A stretch of 64,000 nt of DNA from Euprymna scolopes. Its lineage: Eukaryota. Within the stretch, counting starts at the first letter, position 1. Each line of letters opens with the position of its first letter. Position numbers and translations under genes: made by a program. Location: assembly GCA_053919585.1 (NCBI GenBank), contig CM132796.1; one strand, 5' to 3'. The notes below the pieces were generated by a model. That model saw only the letters and a list, made by a program, of their open reading frames with translations, was not told where the DNA came from and did no database searches. Shown piece after piece: positions 1 to 12,843 of this stretch.

Positions 1-114
1 CTGTCTTATCAAAGAATTAGTTGATTTTATTCGTCGGATTGTTTTACTTCTAAAATGCACTTGCTATGATAGGCTGGATAAGACTGTCCAATGTTTAATC
101 GGACGTTTTTATCG

Positions 115-200
115 ACTTTCAATCCTGGCTTGAGGCAGTTGCTTGTCTACCCGCACTGATGAACTATGAAACAGCGGAACAGTACTGTATGTGGTTGATA
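115..200 (+). mobile_element. Partial copy of tRNA-headed hammerhead SINE family A
   Basis: TTTCAATCCTGGCTTGAGG...CCGCA CTGATGA actat gaa acagc GGAA CAGTACTG TA TGTGG matches the reverse complement of 10352-10432; followed by (TA)n at about 213-265. Confidence 0.75.
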
Positions 201-207
201 TATACAT

Positions 208-267
<60 letters not shown>

Positions 268-1584
268 CGAATGTATCCAGGAAATAAAATCCACGAATTA
301 AAACGAATTAAGAATGTTCAATAAAAAAGAGCCAAATATATTATTTTTATTTATATATATTTACATACTCGCTAGACTGAACAAGCTAATGTTTCCGAGC
401 AATTGCTTTATTAAAAATAGAACAATCGTTCCACATCAGGCGAGAGAAATAAATTTGTTATCTGCTATTTAAAGCATCTGGTTCTTAAATGAAAAAGTGA
501 ATCATATTTTTTTTTATTATTTATACATATTAAATCGCTTACTTGGAGTGGGAGGTTGATATTAATTGACATATTAGACTTACAAATAGAAAGCGATATC
601 GGGAGAAGGGATGCCAAACCTTAAAAGATCAAAGAGAATGGTGGAAAGATATCGGAAGGAAAATGAAGTGGCCGCTAAAAAGAAGAAAAATGAGAAAAGG
701 AACGAAAAGATAAAGAAAGAAAAAGAAAAAAAGGAGAATAACTGAAAGGCGTAAGGGATACGCAGGGGGTCAGTATAGTTACATAATAACTACGGTAAAA
801 AAGGGAGAGGTCAAGTACAATATGACAAGTTTAGGATANNNNNNNNNNNNNNNNNNNNNNNNNNNNNNNNNNNNNNNNNNNNNNNNNNNNNNNNNNNNNN
901 NNNNNNNNNNNNNNNNNNNNNNNNNNNNNNNNNNNNNNNNNNNNNNNNNNNNNNNNNNNNNNNNNNNNNNNNNNTAATATTCTTAATGGTAAATATTATA
1001 ATAGAAAATGATATTAATGAAGATAACACTACTCCTTCTACTCTTACTACTACTACCACTACTACTACTACTACTACTAATAATAATAATAATAATAACA
1101 ATGATAATAATAGTAGTAATGTAATTGATAATAGTATAATAATGATGTTAATANNNNNNNNNNNNNNNNNNNNNNNNNNNNNNNNNNNNNNNNNNNNNNN
1201 NNNNNNNNNNNNNNNNNNNNNNNNNNNNNNNNNNNNNNNNNNNNNNNNNNNNNNNNNNNNNNNNNNNNNNNNNNNNNNNNNNNNNNNNNNNNNNNNNNNN
1301 NNNNNNNNNNNNNNNGAAATTCCACGGTAGTTAAAATCTTTTAAAACACATCAGTAAGAAATTCCTTATAAAAATGAACGTATGGAAGCAAGTAGAACAA
1401 ACAAAGAATTTTAGTTTAAACTTTTATTGAAGGTCAATGCGATCGTAACTGATGCTGTTGATATTGTCAGTAAGTGCTGGTGATGATTGAGGCGGTGACA
1501 GTGACGTCGATCAGCTGCTTGGAGTGAGAATAGTGGTCACTCAGCAGGTTCTTGGGAGTCAGATTGTGAATTTAAAAAAAACTG

Positions 1585-1890
1585 TGACATTGTTGACATC
1601 GATTTTGTGCAAGTTCTGATGACGCCAAGTTATTTAATATTTCAGGACATTTTGGATTACATGTGTAAGTAATGAATAGGTCACAGAAAACTGCCATTGC
1701 ATCTTGATAAAGCTGTTGTAGATTCCTATGACTTCCTGTAAGTGTAGATGGTAGAATAACTGGTACACCAGGATAACCATCTTCATTCCTTGCAAATGAT
1801 CCATTAAGCCAGAATATTGAGCAGCTCTTAGTTGACTTTGATAGCTTTTTATGAAGTTAAATAAGCAACTGTCAACTTTTACATATGCGA
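1585..1890 (-). pseudogene. Helitron Rep (RepHel) domain fragment, decayed
   Basis: Manual minus-strand translation gives ...QSQLRAAQYSGLMDHL...GVPVILPSTLTGSHRNLQQLYQDAMAVF-CDLFITYTCNPKCPEI, matching the Helitron Rep motifs ILPSSFxGSPRxMxQxYQDAMA and DLFITFTCNPxWxEI. Confidence 0.88.
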
Positions 1891-2832
1891 TAGACTTTTC
1901 TATTTATTTTGAATTTTATTCAATGAAGATTTGAAATTCACAAATATTTTTTAAGTCGAATTATTGATATAGATTTCAATTAATGCATCAAAACTTCCTG
2001 ATAATATAAATAGAACACTTTGAATTTTCTGTACAAAAGTTTTTTTTCCATAAAAACATTGTAATCTGTTATAATATTCAGATTATTGTGTATTACATGC
2101 ATAGAAAATGAAGTGTTTCTGTAAATCTTACGAAGTACAGTTAACTTTTGATTTTTCGGTAATCAAAATGATGTGAGGTAGGTTATACCTATCAAATTTA
2201 TTGTCAATGTTATATAGTTAAGTAAGCTGGCTAATTGGCTATAAAGTAAGTTATTCCGAACTTTGATCTAACATTTTAATTAAAAAAAAAGCTTAACATT
2301 TTCTTGTATCTTTTTTTTATATTAAGGAAAATGTAAGCATCATGCTGAAATAATAAAATGCCATTCTTAATAAGGGGGAGGGTTTGACTATTCTAAACCT
2401 TCACCTAAATAACCATTTAACGAAAAAAATGTTTAAAATGTTCTTGTATCTTTTTTATAATTTTTGTTAAATAAGAAAAATCAATAAACTTTGATAACAC
2501 TATTGTAAGAATCATGCTGAAAGGCATTCTTAATATGAGGAGGGGGTTAACTATTCTGAAACTTCACCTAACAATGTAAAAAAAAATAAGGGAAAATATA
2601 TGTATGAACAATAAATATTTCTTCAGTTAAATAAAATATACTGTAAAACTTTAAATAAGGAATTAAACCATAATTATTGAAACAAAGTATTTTACTGCAT
2701 GAAAAAACGGTTATGGGGAGAAGGGTTAACTATTTTCAACCTTCACCTAAATTGCGATTTAATGAAAAAAAATAATGGTCTTGTATCTTTTTTGTATAAT
2801 TTGTTTTAAAATAAGGAAAAAAAAGGAAAATA

Positions 2833-3914
2833 TCCAGATACGCTACTACAGAACACTGACCACGCTAATTTGTTTTTTTATAGGTAATTGAGGTCGCTGA
2901 CAACGAATCTGATAGTCAAACTTGGGGCAAATTTACCGTTTGCATGGTATTTACCCTGAACCCACGAACTACTTTCTACCATTTTGCAGCTTCCGTTTAT
3001 GCTACGCGCATGCACGTTGTAGCATAAATGACGGCGTCAAAAAGCAAACTACGTTGGGGGTAGGGGATTTTTTTTCCAGGACATAGAATTTTCTAATTTT
3101 CAAAAATACATTATAGCACTTTTTGGGTGGAAAATTTAAAATTAGCTGAAAAAGAAATAAAACAAGAAAAGGGAAGCACTCCAAGTTGGAGTAGGGGGGT
3201 AATTTATCTGTTTTTTTTTTTTTTACCTGGAACATAGAATTTTCAAATTTTCTTAAAGTAACGCACCGACATTTACCAATTAGAACACCATTTAACATTT
3301 TCCGAAGATTTTACTGTGTACATTGGCACGCGCGCCCCAAAATCACATCCGCCCCCCCCGCTCGCGTCCCCAATGTACACAGTAAAATCTTCGGAAAATA
3401 TTAAATGGTGTTCTAATTGGTAATTTTCGGTGCGTTACTTACGGAAAAACGTTTAACTAAACTGCAAAATCACCTATTAAGCCACATAAGTTCTATAATT
3501 GAATCCCCTACGCCCCCCCGCAAAAAAAGAATGAAAAACATAAAGATGTTTGGTGCTTATGTTCTTGTAAACCACATTAAAAACTACGCGAGACAAAAAA
3601 AAAAAAAGTCCCTCAATTTGTTGTACTTTTCTATAACTGTAACTGTAAAATGTCAGTCCGTAATTTTTTGATTGGTACGCCATGTGAGAAGGCAGTTTGC
3701 TAGGTGAAGCAAGCCGTCGTTCATGCTGCAGCGCACGCGCGTAGCGTAAACGGAAGCTGCAGAATGGTGGAAAGTTATTCGTGGGTTCGGGGGTTAATAC
3801 CATGCAAACGGTAAATTTGCCCCAAGTTTGGCTATCAGATTCGTTGTCAGCGACCTCAATTACCTATACAAAAACAAATTAGAGTGGTCGGTGTTCTGTA
3901 GTAGCGTATCTGGA
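2833..3914. mobile_element. Foldback/MITE-like non-autonomous DNA element, almost wholly palindromic
   Basis: Outer arms about 2833-3020 and 3735-3914 are reverse complements (TCCAGATACGCTACTACAGAACAC / GTGTTCTGTAGTAGCGTATCTGGA); inner arms about 3253-3325 and 3371-3441; TA on both sides; it interrupts one unit of the surrounding tandem repeat. Confidence 0.88.
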
Positions 3915-5931
3915 TATTTACCAAAAAAAAACTTTGATACCGCTATTGTAAGAATCATGCTGAAAGCCATTCTTAATATGGGGAGGGGGTTAACTATTCT
4001 GAAACTTCACCTAACAATGTAATAAAAATAATGGAAAAATTCTTCAGTTAAATAAAATATACTGAAAATCTTTAAATAGGAAATAAATATTTCTTTAAAT
4101 AAATTAAATCGTAAGTAATGAAACACTGTTTTATTTCATATTAAAAAAAAATTGTTGTGCCGGTGGGCATTAGAAGATGAATGCCTGTAAAAGAAGCAAA
4201 ATAAAATGAACAAATAACTATGTAAACAACGTGAAGCTGTATAAATGTTACAAAATTACTCGATTCGGCATTAAATAACACGAAAAAGGATTGATATGCC
4301 GTAAAACAAAAACAAAACAGAACAAGACGTAAAATATGTTTTGACTCTGTATTTGCGAATGGTGACTTTGGTGATTTATTTAATAAAGTCATTCTTGACT
4401 TTTGTAACATGTATTTCGAAACATATTTTTTGTTGTGTAAATAAAAAGTAAATAAAAAAAAACATAAAGTGGCACAGTAAAAAAAAAAAAACGTACTCGT
4501 AGCGTTCTGAATAAAATAGAATAAGCGTTCATACAATAATAAACAGAAGACATCGTTAAAAATGTAAGTAACATACTATACTATTTAAACTGTGGAACGA
4601 TACCTTCTATGCATAATTGCCTTTAAAATAATCCGGAACCATAAATAGACAGTTATTATTATTTTTTTTTCGGGAACTTTTGGGAAATAAAAGGGGTTAC
4701 TGATTTTTAACTGATAAAGATTTAACAATGAAGGGAGATAATTCACATTAATTAATGTTTGCGATGATGATGACGCGTTTCATTAATTAATGTTTGCGAT
4801 GATGATGACGTGACACCGTACGTACAAGCAACTTAATATATAGATAATAATAATACAATTAATAAAAATACCGATAATAATAATGATAATAATAAAAATA
4901 ATAATAATGATAAGGATAATACTAATAATTTATTCTCGTTACTCTTGCTCAATCTATGTTAAATAAACACAAGTGATTTTTTGCACCCATATCCATTGAT
5001 CGCTGATGTTGAACTTAGTTTCCATTATCTGTTAATAACTCATAGACTACCCAAACTAATTATTATTTCGATTAATGAGATTGAAAAAAAATATATCAGT
5101 TTATTGCGATGTATTTATTAATCATATATTTATTTAATAAACATACAGATTTGTACCCAGCCTCCGTATATTTAAAAAGAGAAGAATAGATGCACCTTTG
5201 CATCAGTTAACCATATGTAATGTACAACTCTACTTATATAAACTAAAAGTTGTTTGAGCCCAAGGAGACACAAACCAATGCCTGTCATTGTAGTATCCCA
5301 TATATTTATTTATTCATTTGTCATGTTTTACCATTCTCAGGATAAGCTACAGAAATTACTCGAATCTCCAAACAGATTAAAATACCGCAATCTACCCACA
5401 CTCACGGTACATTATTTCAATTCCGGCAATGCTTAAACCAATAAATGTTTAACATTACAGCTCGTATATCGCCAGCAATTAATACAATGAAATAAAACGT
5501 CAGCAAACATTCTTTGTTTGACTCTTTAAATTCTCTAACGTTAACTAAACGAAAACTAACACCGTCGACTTCCTTTATTTTTTATTATCTTTTTTAAAAA
5601 TCTATCCCTACTGGAATTTGAGCATGTAAACTTATTTTAAACCTCATTTTAGTCAATTGCCAAAAGATGCCTATTTTCTTTCCTTTTCTAGAGGTCCACG
5701 TTGACGTAATGACAAATGGAAATGTTTCTTCCCCCGATTCGTTTTAATCATATGACATCCGGTAAAGATGAAGTATGTGGAGTTACACATCTGGAATATG
5801 AGCAAAGAAGGAAGTTAACGACGGATATATCAATTTAGCTATGAAATTGTATTCATAACACCAATTCAATCCGTTTGTCACAACCAATGCAGGTGAAAAA
5901 AAACCTGATAAATTTAGTTAATTTGATTATA

Positions 5932-7584
5932 CTCGTGCTGGTCAAAAAGTAGAACATCATGTTTTTTGGCGCTAAATTCTTATTGTGGACGATCTGTGAG
6001 ATGTAATTGGTGCTAAAATATCCCTATCATGCTAAACTAACTGAAATAGTTGTTTTACGACATAGTTTTTGTTTCATATCAATTACAATGTCAGTTTTTG
6101 AATATTTCGTGTTTCAAAATAATAGAACAATGCAGGTAAATAAACAAAATAGTTTTTTTATTAACACAAATACAAATAAAATTAATCAATATTTAGTAGC
6201 AGTACCTTTTGCCTTGATAAGAGCATCAATTCGCCAGGACATGGAATCAACAAGCTTCTCGCTATTATGTGTAGACACTGAATCCCATGTGTTCTGGATT
6301 GCAATCCTCATGGCTGCAAGGGTAGTAGTGTTTTTCTTTTCGGAGCTTCCTCTTCATCTTGGCAGAGTGTGCCGGTGCCAAGTCATGTTGAAAAATGATG
6401 TCTGTAGCCTCCCTGTAAAACTGGTTATCCAACACTGGCAGTAAATTAGCTTCCAATATATATTGGTACACTTTTGCGTTTACAGTTCCTGTGATGAAGA
6501 ATACATTACCAACACATTTAGTACTCATACAGCACCAAATCATGCAAGACTGCAGAAACTTCAGACTTCTTAACGCATTCTTGGTTATACCGTTCCGTGG
6601 TTTTTCGCCAAACACATGGCCCTTGGTCGCCGAAAGAGATACAAAATCGAGACTCATCTGAAAAGATCACACGCCGCCATTCGTCTGCAGTCCAGGTTTC
6701 GTGAGCAGTTGCCCATCGCACCCTCTTCAACATCTGCTTCTTGTTAAGGAGCGGTTTTGTGGTAGCTATACGATTTCGGTATTCCAGTTGCCGGAGCCTT
6801 CGGTAGGTAGTGCTTTCCAAAACGTCAGCACCAGAAACCTGTTTCCACGCTTCAGTGATGTGACTTGTTCATTGGAATCGACTTTTCTTTGCCACCTTGT
6901 CCAGTGCCGCTCTTGTCTTTCGGTGGTGCCTTTCTTTCGTCACATTTCTTGCGATTGCTGTTGGAAACACCCTCAGCACCTTTCCGGGGCACTTTGGTCA
7001 CCGACCAACCTTCCTTGATTGCGATTTCCATGTGCGTCTTTCCTTCTGCTCGCAAATCAAAGATACGCTGCTTCTCAGGCAACGACATGTCTTTGGAGCC
7101 ACCCATAATGATAAAGTATTATTAAATCGCTTTCAAAATCTTTTTAAACATGTAAAGCTCGCGTAGAGCGAGAGCTTCTTTTTTTCTGACTTGGCAAAAA
7201 GCAAATGGCGGCCTCCAATGTTCCAACTTGTAACCAGACGCAGGGGTAGTCACCCTCATTGATATCTTTCCAAGAGGAGTCCATGCTACTATCATGATGT
7301 TTAAGGGGGGGGGGGATAACTGGTTGGGCCTCTACAAAACAATATTTGCATTTTTTTTTTTTAGTTTTAGATTACTCAACGACAAAATGTTCTATTAAAT
7401 TGAAACGTTGACTTTTCTAATGTGACAATAAAGTACTCATTGTCTGCCATATGCACCTCCTCAAATTATTAAAAATAGTTGCAATTGTTATTTACATATA
7501 AGATATCTCGCCTGTACAAAATTATCCCAAACGGAATGATTTTACAGTTTTATACATATGTTCTATTTTTTTGACCAGCACGAG
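5932..7584 (-). mobile_element. Tc1-family (DD34E) transposon, copy 1, defective
   Basis: TIRs CTCGTGCTGGTCAAAAA / TTTTTGACCAGCACGAG with TA target duplication; frameshifted transposase with KPLL, WRRVIFSDESRF and IFQHDLAPAH motifs. Confidence 0.95.
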
Positions 7585-9577
7585 TAGTATTACGTTATTT
7601 CCCTGTTTACTAACACAGATGATCGTTTCTTTTTCGCATTCAACAGTTTATGCACTTGCTTGATTGTAAAAATGGTGATTAGTTCATCTTTACATTGTCT
7701 GTTATATGCCGGTTGCTAAAGAAAAATGCTGCGGGATTCACCATACATTGCGTAAATAAGACAATCTGATTTTTTATGATAACACTGAGTCACGTTTCTG
7801 AAGTTTTGGGATGTGCATTAGCTATTTGTCATATTTAGATTCATCGGGATAGTCTTCTTATCTTGCCCCGTCGCGTAGTTGTTAGAGTACCTGAAAAAAG
7901 AAAAACAATTGTAAAGGTTATTTTATCTTGAAGTGTTAGATTCAACATTTAGTGCAGGCGACCGAGAAAATCCAATTGCGAATAAATTAAAACCTCTATT
8001 CTCTTGAAGTAAATAAAAGGTTCCGTTTGAACTTCCGTCCAAATTCCCGAGTTCAACAGAAACATTCCTCAGTTCGGCAATATACACATGAACCGTGTCG
8101 GAGGTTACATCGACTGAAACATTGTGTAAATGACATCCTAAATTAGAATAGTAGATTGATGAATTTAAATAATACGAAAATTGTGTCATATGCACATTAA
8201 GCTTGTTTGGAAGAATTGCTCCTTTAAAATACAGGAGTATTGGCATGCTAAAAACCTTCACGACTTTTTTTTTTACATAAAGACGCTCATTTCTCGAATA
8301 TAAAGTGTTAATAAACCTGATGATCGATTTTTCTCCCACTTATAGCTGAAATATCTGACACATGTTGTGACAGCGGACTTTAAAAAAAGAATCATTTAGG
8401 AATGACCTAAGCAGTCCCATCGTCATTTCATTCAAAAGGAACATCAACGGATTAGTAATCAAATCATTTTTCCCAAATGCTGCGAGAGCAAAGTCTTGTG
8501 GATTTTAATGGACTACACAAATCCTTGTGTAGTTGATATATGTAGACCCTATCTCAGTGAACAGAGAACAACCCATCTAAACAATGACCTTGACTCTGGT
8601 CGCTTTGAAACCGACCAAGGACCCCCGGTATTGTCTTTGCATCCAAAGAAATACGTATATATGTATATATAGGGGCCACGCTATATTGATCTAAACCTCC
8701 CGCGTGGCCTCTATATAGTAGTTTTCTAATCGTAACCATGTATTAATTATCATCAGTATTCGCTATATCATTTTGAATCCATTACGCAAATACATTCTGT
8801 CACATAAAATTCGGCGGAAAAAGTCGTCTTTCTAAATCTATTTCAATAACAGATAAATATAGGCCCGTTAAAGTCAATTTGACCCAGACATGAATATCAT
8901 TCAGATTATTTAGTTTACATTTGGAAAGAAGTGAAGTGGTAGAAAAGATTACTGATAGCTTAATAAAATAATGAATGATTATAATTATAGGCACACGCCT
9001 AAATACATAGATAAATGTATAAAAACACATACATATAAAAAATGTAGAATAAAATAAAAGAATGTGAAATAATATAGGGCAAATATAGAAACAAATCAGA
9101 TTAAATGAAATACTGACTCATAAGCAAATGGGTCACATATACATGTTATTAGACAAATGCATAGATGCATACATATATGCACATATACACACATACCCTC
9201 ACATATATTCACATATATATGCATAAATATATACATATATGTGCAAATGCATAAAATCATACGTTTTGTGTAAAAGCAAAAATACATATACGCGTATGTA
9301 GCGCCAGATTTAGTGCGCAGCAGCTCCTTTAGTCTCACAAAAATATATAAATAATAAATAAAAGAAATAAAGATAGAAGAAATCTCTTATATTAAGTGGA
9401 TTTATAGACGCAGGTTTTAGAGGTGAGCTACGTTATTTCGAATTGATTATATTTTTCTGATGTTTACATTGGAAAATAAGTTCGTATTTGGAATTTATTA
9501 AATTGATATTAAGGGGAAGTCATTATACTTATAGCTTCAGATAAACAGAGGTAAAGATTTAGGACCTTACTTGTAAG

Positions 9578-9668
<91 letters not shown>

Positions 9669-10022
9669 CAATCCTACAAAGAACTACACTCGGGCTCTTG
9701 GTAGAAGTTTATCAGAATAACCTGCAGTGAAGGGCTTGGACATTTTAAATACGGAAAAGTTGGTTATGTATGTTGAATAACGATGCATGAAATAATTATA
9801 TATTGAAAGTGGATAAAGAAACCATATGTAAATAGCCTGATGGGAAGTGCAATGGCTTATTTAGAACGTTTTACTATTTACAATGGCATGATATCGATCA
9901 TCTAATAAAAGCTTGATCTCTTTAATTGTGGCGTTTTATTCAATTTTATTTAGAGTACGCCCGAGAAATTTTCCTTAAGTTTAGTTACGTTTATAAAAAT
10001 TTTATAAACAACTGCTGAATAG

Positions 10023-10085
<63 letters not shown>

Positions 10086-10300
10086 CTAGCAGGCCGCCCG
10101 ACATTGCCCAGTCGTAAAATACGTTTCAATAATTATATTTTCGTTGATGCAGATTTAGTTTTTATTATTATATTATATTCGCCTAATATATAATGATCAG
10201 TTAACATTAAAATAAATTACTCTGTGTCACTACCGAGAATAAATACTAAAAGGTTTAGCTTCTGGTTTACTTTTTTCTTTTGACGGTAAATCCTAAACTA
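10086..10300 (-). mobile_element. Helitron 3' end fragment
   Basis: Minus strand reads ...CTGGGCAATGTCGGGCGGCCTGCTAG|T, a GC-rich hairpin followed by CTAG; inner boundary uncertain. Confidence 0.55.
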
Positions 10301-10316
10301 TGAAGAAAAGAAAAAG

Positions 10317-10351
<35 letters not shown>

Positions 10352-10530
10352 GTCATCCACATACAGTACTGCTTCGCTGTTTCACAGCTCATCAGTGCGG
10401 CTAGACAGGCAACTACCTCAAGCCAGGATTGAAACCCGACCGTTTGTACGGCAGTCAAAGCTCTTAACCATTACGCTATTGGCGGCTGCTTGAACGAGTA
10501 GTGAGTTTAACGATGTTTTTGATATCGTCC

Positions 10531-10532
<2 letters not shown>
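10352..10532 (-). mobile_element. tRNA-headed hammerhead SINE family A, most complete copy
   Basis: A box TAGCGTAATGG and B box GGTTTCAATCC at tRNA-like spacing, then a hammerhead motif; (TA)n on both sides. Confidence 0.85.
10357..10400 (-). ncRNA. Type I hammerhead ribozyme motif (one core substitution, GAAG for GAAA)
   Basis: CCGCA CUGAUGA GCUGU gaa ACAGC GAAG CAG ua CUG UA^UGUGG: stems I, II and a palindromic stem III all pair. Confidence 0.8.
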
Positions 10533-10618
<86 letters not shown>

Positions 10619-11692
10619 TCGTAAAATCCGAAGAGCACATTGCCACTCACATCTCAAATAACTCATGTGCTTACTGAGCTAATAATAAATTGAATCAATT
10701 TCTTAACGTTCAAGAATCGCCGGTCAAGATTTATCGGCTATTTTTCAGTTATTTCAATGATGTATCTCTGCTTCTGTCGCATTTCTTTGGCAGAATTGCG
10801 TTCTCATACTCATATTGTTGACATCTTTAAAAGAGAGATGAAACTGTCGTGTCATTTATTCATGAGTTCTATTTTATAAAAATAAAATTTGCAAAACATT
10901 CGGGCAGAATTAAAAAAAATTACCGCCGAAACTCGCCTAAAAGGCTGTGCAACCGTTTCGGTGTACAACATTGATTCGTCAGATGTTTTTACTAAAAATT
11001 ATATATTCTATGTGTGGCAGGAATGGCAACAAAGCAACGCATTGCAAAAGAAACAAAATAGACAGAGTTCGACAAATAAGATTCGATAGAAAATCAAGAA
11101 GAACCGGCGGAAATACGTCACTGTCGAAATTCCCAATAAGATAGTAGAGTTATAGTTGGCCTCTGGTGTAGACCTGTCCGTTATCAATTAAAATTTGAGG
11201 AAGAACTGACACTTCGGGTGATGTTAAATGACACTACCCAAAAAGTGAAAGTTTATGCCCATAAGACATCCGGAAACTTTTTCGGAACGGATTGGATTCA
11301 ACGATTTGAATTGTGCTGCCAACAAATTCTGCTATACGGACTCGTCTACAGGGAAAACAACGACTAAAGGACAAGTTAAAGGAAAATTTATGTATTTGTG
11401 TTAATACATACTTATTTAATTTTTTCTGTGTCTTTCTAGTCATTTATTCACTACAACAATAACTTTCTTTAAGTCAGCCCAATATTGGTAATGTACCATT
11501 AAATAGGAAATTCCTGGAAGAATCAATACAGAAAAATCCATAAATATCTGCACATTCTACTAAAAAATACGATAATTTCTTCGGAAAGTTCATACTTATT
11601 CACCTACAGAATATGCAGGAGTTATTGTCAACACATACGACGCCTAGCATTCCCAAAAATGGGCACCCATCTGGTACTGGTCAGGTTACACG

Positions 11693-11750
<58 letters not shown>

Positions 11751-11753
<3 letters not shown>

Positions 11754-11865
11754 TCATCCACATACAGTCCTGTTTCGCTGTACCACAGCTATCATTGCAG
11801 CTAGACAGGCAACTGTCAGAGATTCCTGAGAACAATTCATAGATTAATGAATCGTATGTAGCTTA

Positions 11866-11868
<3 letters not shown>
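11751..11868 (-). mobile_element. Family A hammerhead fragment between two (TA)n tracts
   Basis: CTGCA ATGATA GCTGT ggt ACAGC GAAA CAG ga CTG TA TGTGG; GAAA intact, CUGANGA box mutated; 5' part differs from 10352-10532. Confidence 0.7.
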
Positions 11869-11937
<69 letters not shown>

Positions 11938-11941
<4 letters not shown>

Positions 11942-12520
11942 GAGTTGGTAATTAATAAAAACTAAAGAAAGTGCTCAATACTGTTGTAGAGTAAATATGC
12001 GTTTTATTTTTATTACCGTATCTTTCTGTGAAGTTACATTATTGTTTCAGCTACTCGGCCGTTTTTTTTTGTGGCCGTCTATAGCTTCCTCAGACTATTA
12101 CAGAAATGTTCGCTCTTTTGGGATGAAAGTGTGAAAGAGGGAATGAGGTCAGGGGGTGCGAGGAGGGCGGAAGAGAGAGAGATAGGGAACAAGGGGGAAG
12201 GTGGGAGGGGGCGCTTGGTAGTCGATAATGCTTTAGTTTTGGGGTTAAAGGAAATTGTGTGGGATGGTCTCGGGTGTTCATTTCCGGTGTGGCTGAGGGC
12301 ATAGGGATACATGAGGGGAAGGGGAATATGTGGGGGTGGGAGGTGGAGGGGTTCTTCAAAATTCGAGTCTTAATTATTAAAGTTTTTAGCGTCTCGTTGG
12401 TGTGATGATTTCTTGGTAAGTATGTCTTGACCTGTTGGGTGTTCGCTTATGTTTGGAGGTGGGGGGGCTATGCTTTGGTTTATTTATTTTTAGTTTTTAT
12501 TTTGTTGTTAATTGTTTGGA
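11938..12520 (-). mobile_element. Hammerhead-bearing short repeat family B (retrozyme or Penelope pLTR-like)
   Basis: Second copy at 35541-35748 (+); C-rich body, HHR, AATAAA, then (TA)n; 5' boundary approximate. Confidence 0.7.
12023..12106 (-). ncRNA. Type I hammerhead ribozyme, intact core
   Basis: AGU CUGAGGA AGCUA..GGCC..GGCC..UAGCU GAAA CA auaa UG UA^ACU, with stem I extended by UUUCUGU/ACAGAAA; predicted cleavage between 12035 and 12034. Confidence 0.85.
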
Positions 12521-12784
12521 GAGGGTTAGCTAGCGGTCGCGGCCACGGGTACTCACATGAGCACGTACACACATATATACTTAAAAGAAACGGTCACATG
12601 TACACATACATATATTTGCGCTCCAGGGCGGGGATGTATGTGTACATGTGACCGTTTCATTTTGATTAGAGGAATGAAACCTCGCATACAAATTTAAAAA
12701 ACAAATATATAATCTCAAGAAGTTTTGAGTATAAATATGTAAAAATAAAAATAAAGAATACACACACGCCACACACACACATAT

Positions 12785-12843
<59 letters not shown>

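Larger units (their letters stand above)
1316..4844 (-). mobile_element. Internally deleted Helitron (5' end at 4844; 3' end not seen, possibly in the 1154-1315 gap)
   Basis: Minus strand begins A|TCTATATATTAAG, a typical Helitron 5' TC terminus; Rep fragment is in the same orientation; internal degenerate tandem repeats at 2280-2830 and 3920-4140. Confidence 0.55.

Noticed and set aside
109-294. ORFs rich in YI, CV, HT or X residues throughout the track
   Set aside because: They are translations of microsatellites or N gaps
7810-7900. Possible minus-strand host exon after a TTTTTCAG acceptor
   Set aside because: All three frames stop within 25 codons; no recognisable protein and no partner exons
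8318-8360. CTGATGA...GAAA match (similar chance matches at about 8720-8757, 31288, 51797 and 56885)
   Set aside because: Stems I-III do not form or GAAA is absent
10420-10490. Functional tRNA gene
   Set aside because: The acceptor stem does not pair properly and the sequence is fused to a repeated hammerhead element, so it is called a SINE head
10616-11690. Possible pogo/Tigger relic (FFGTDWIQRF)
   Set aside because: A single weak motif and no convincing TIR pair
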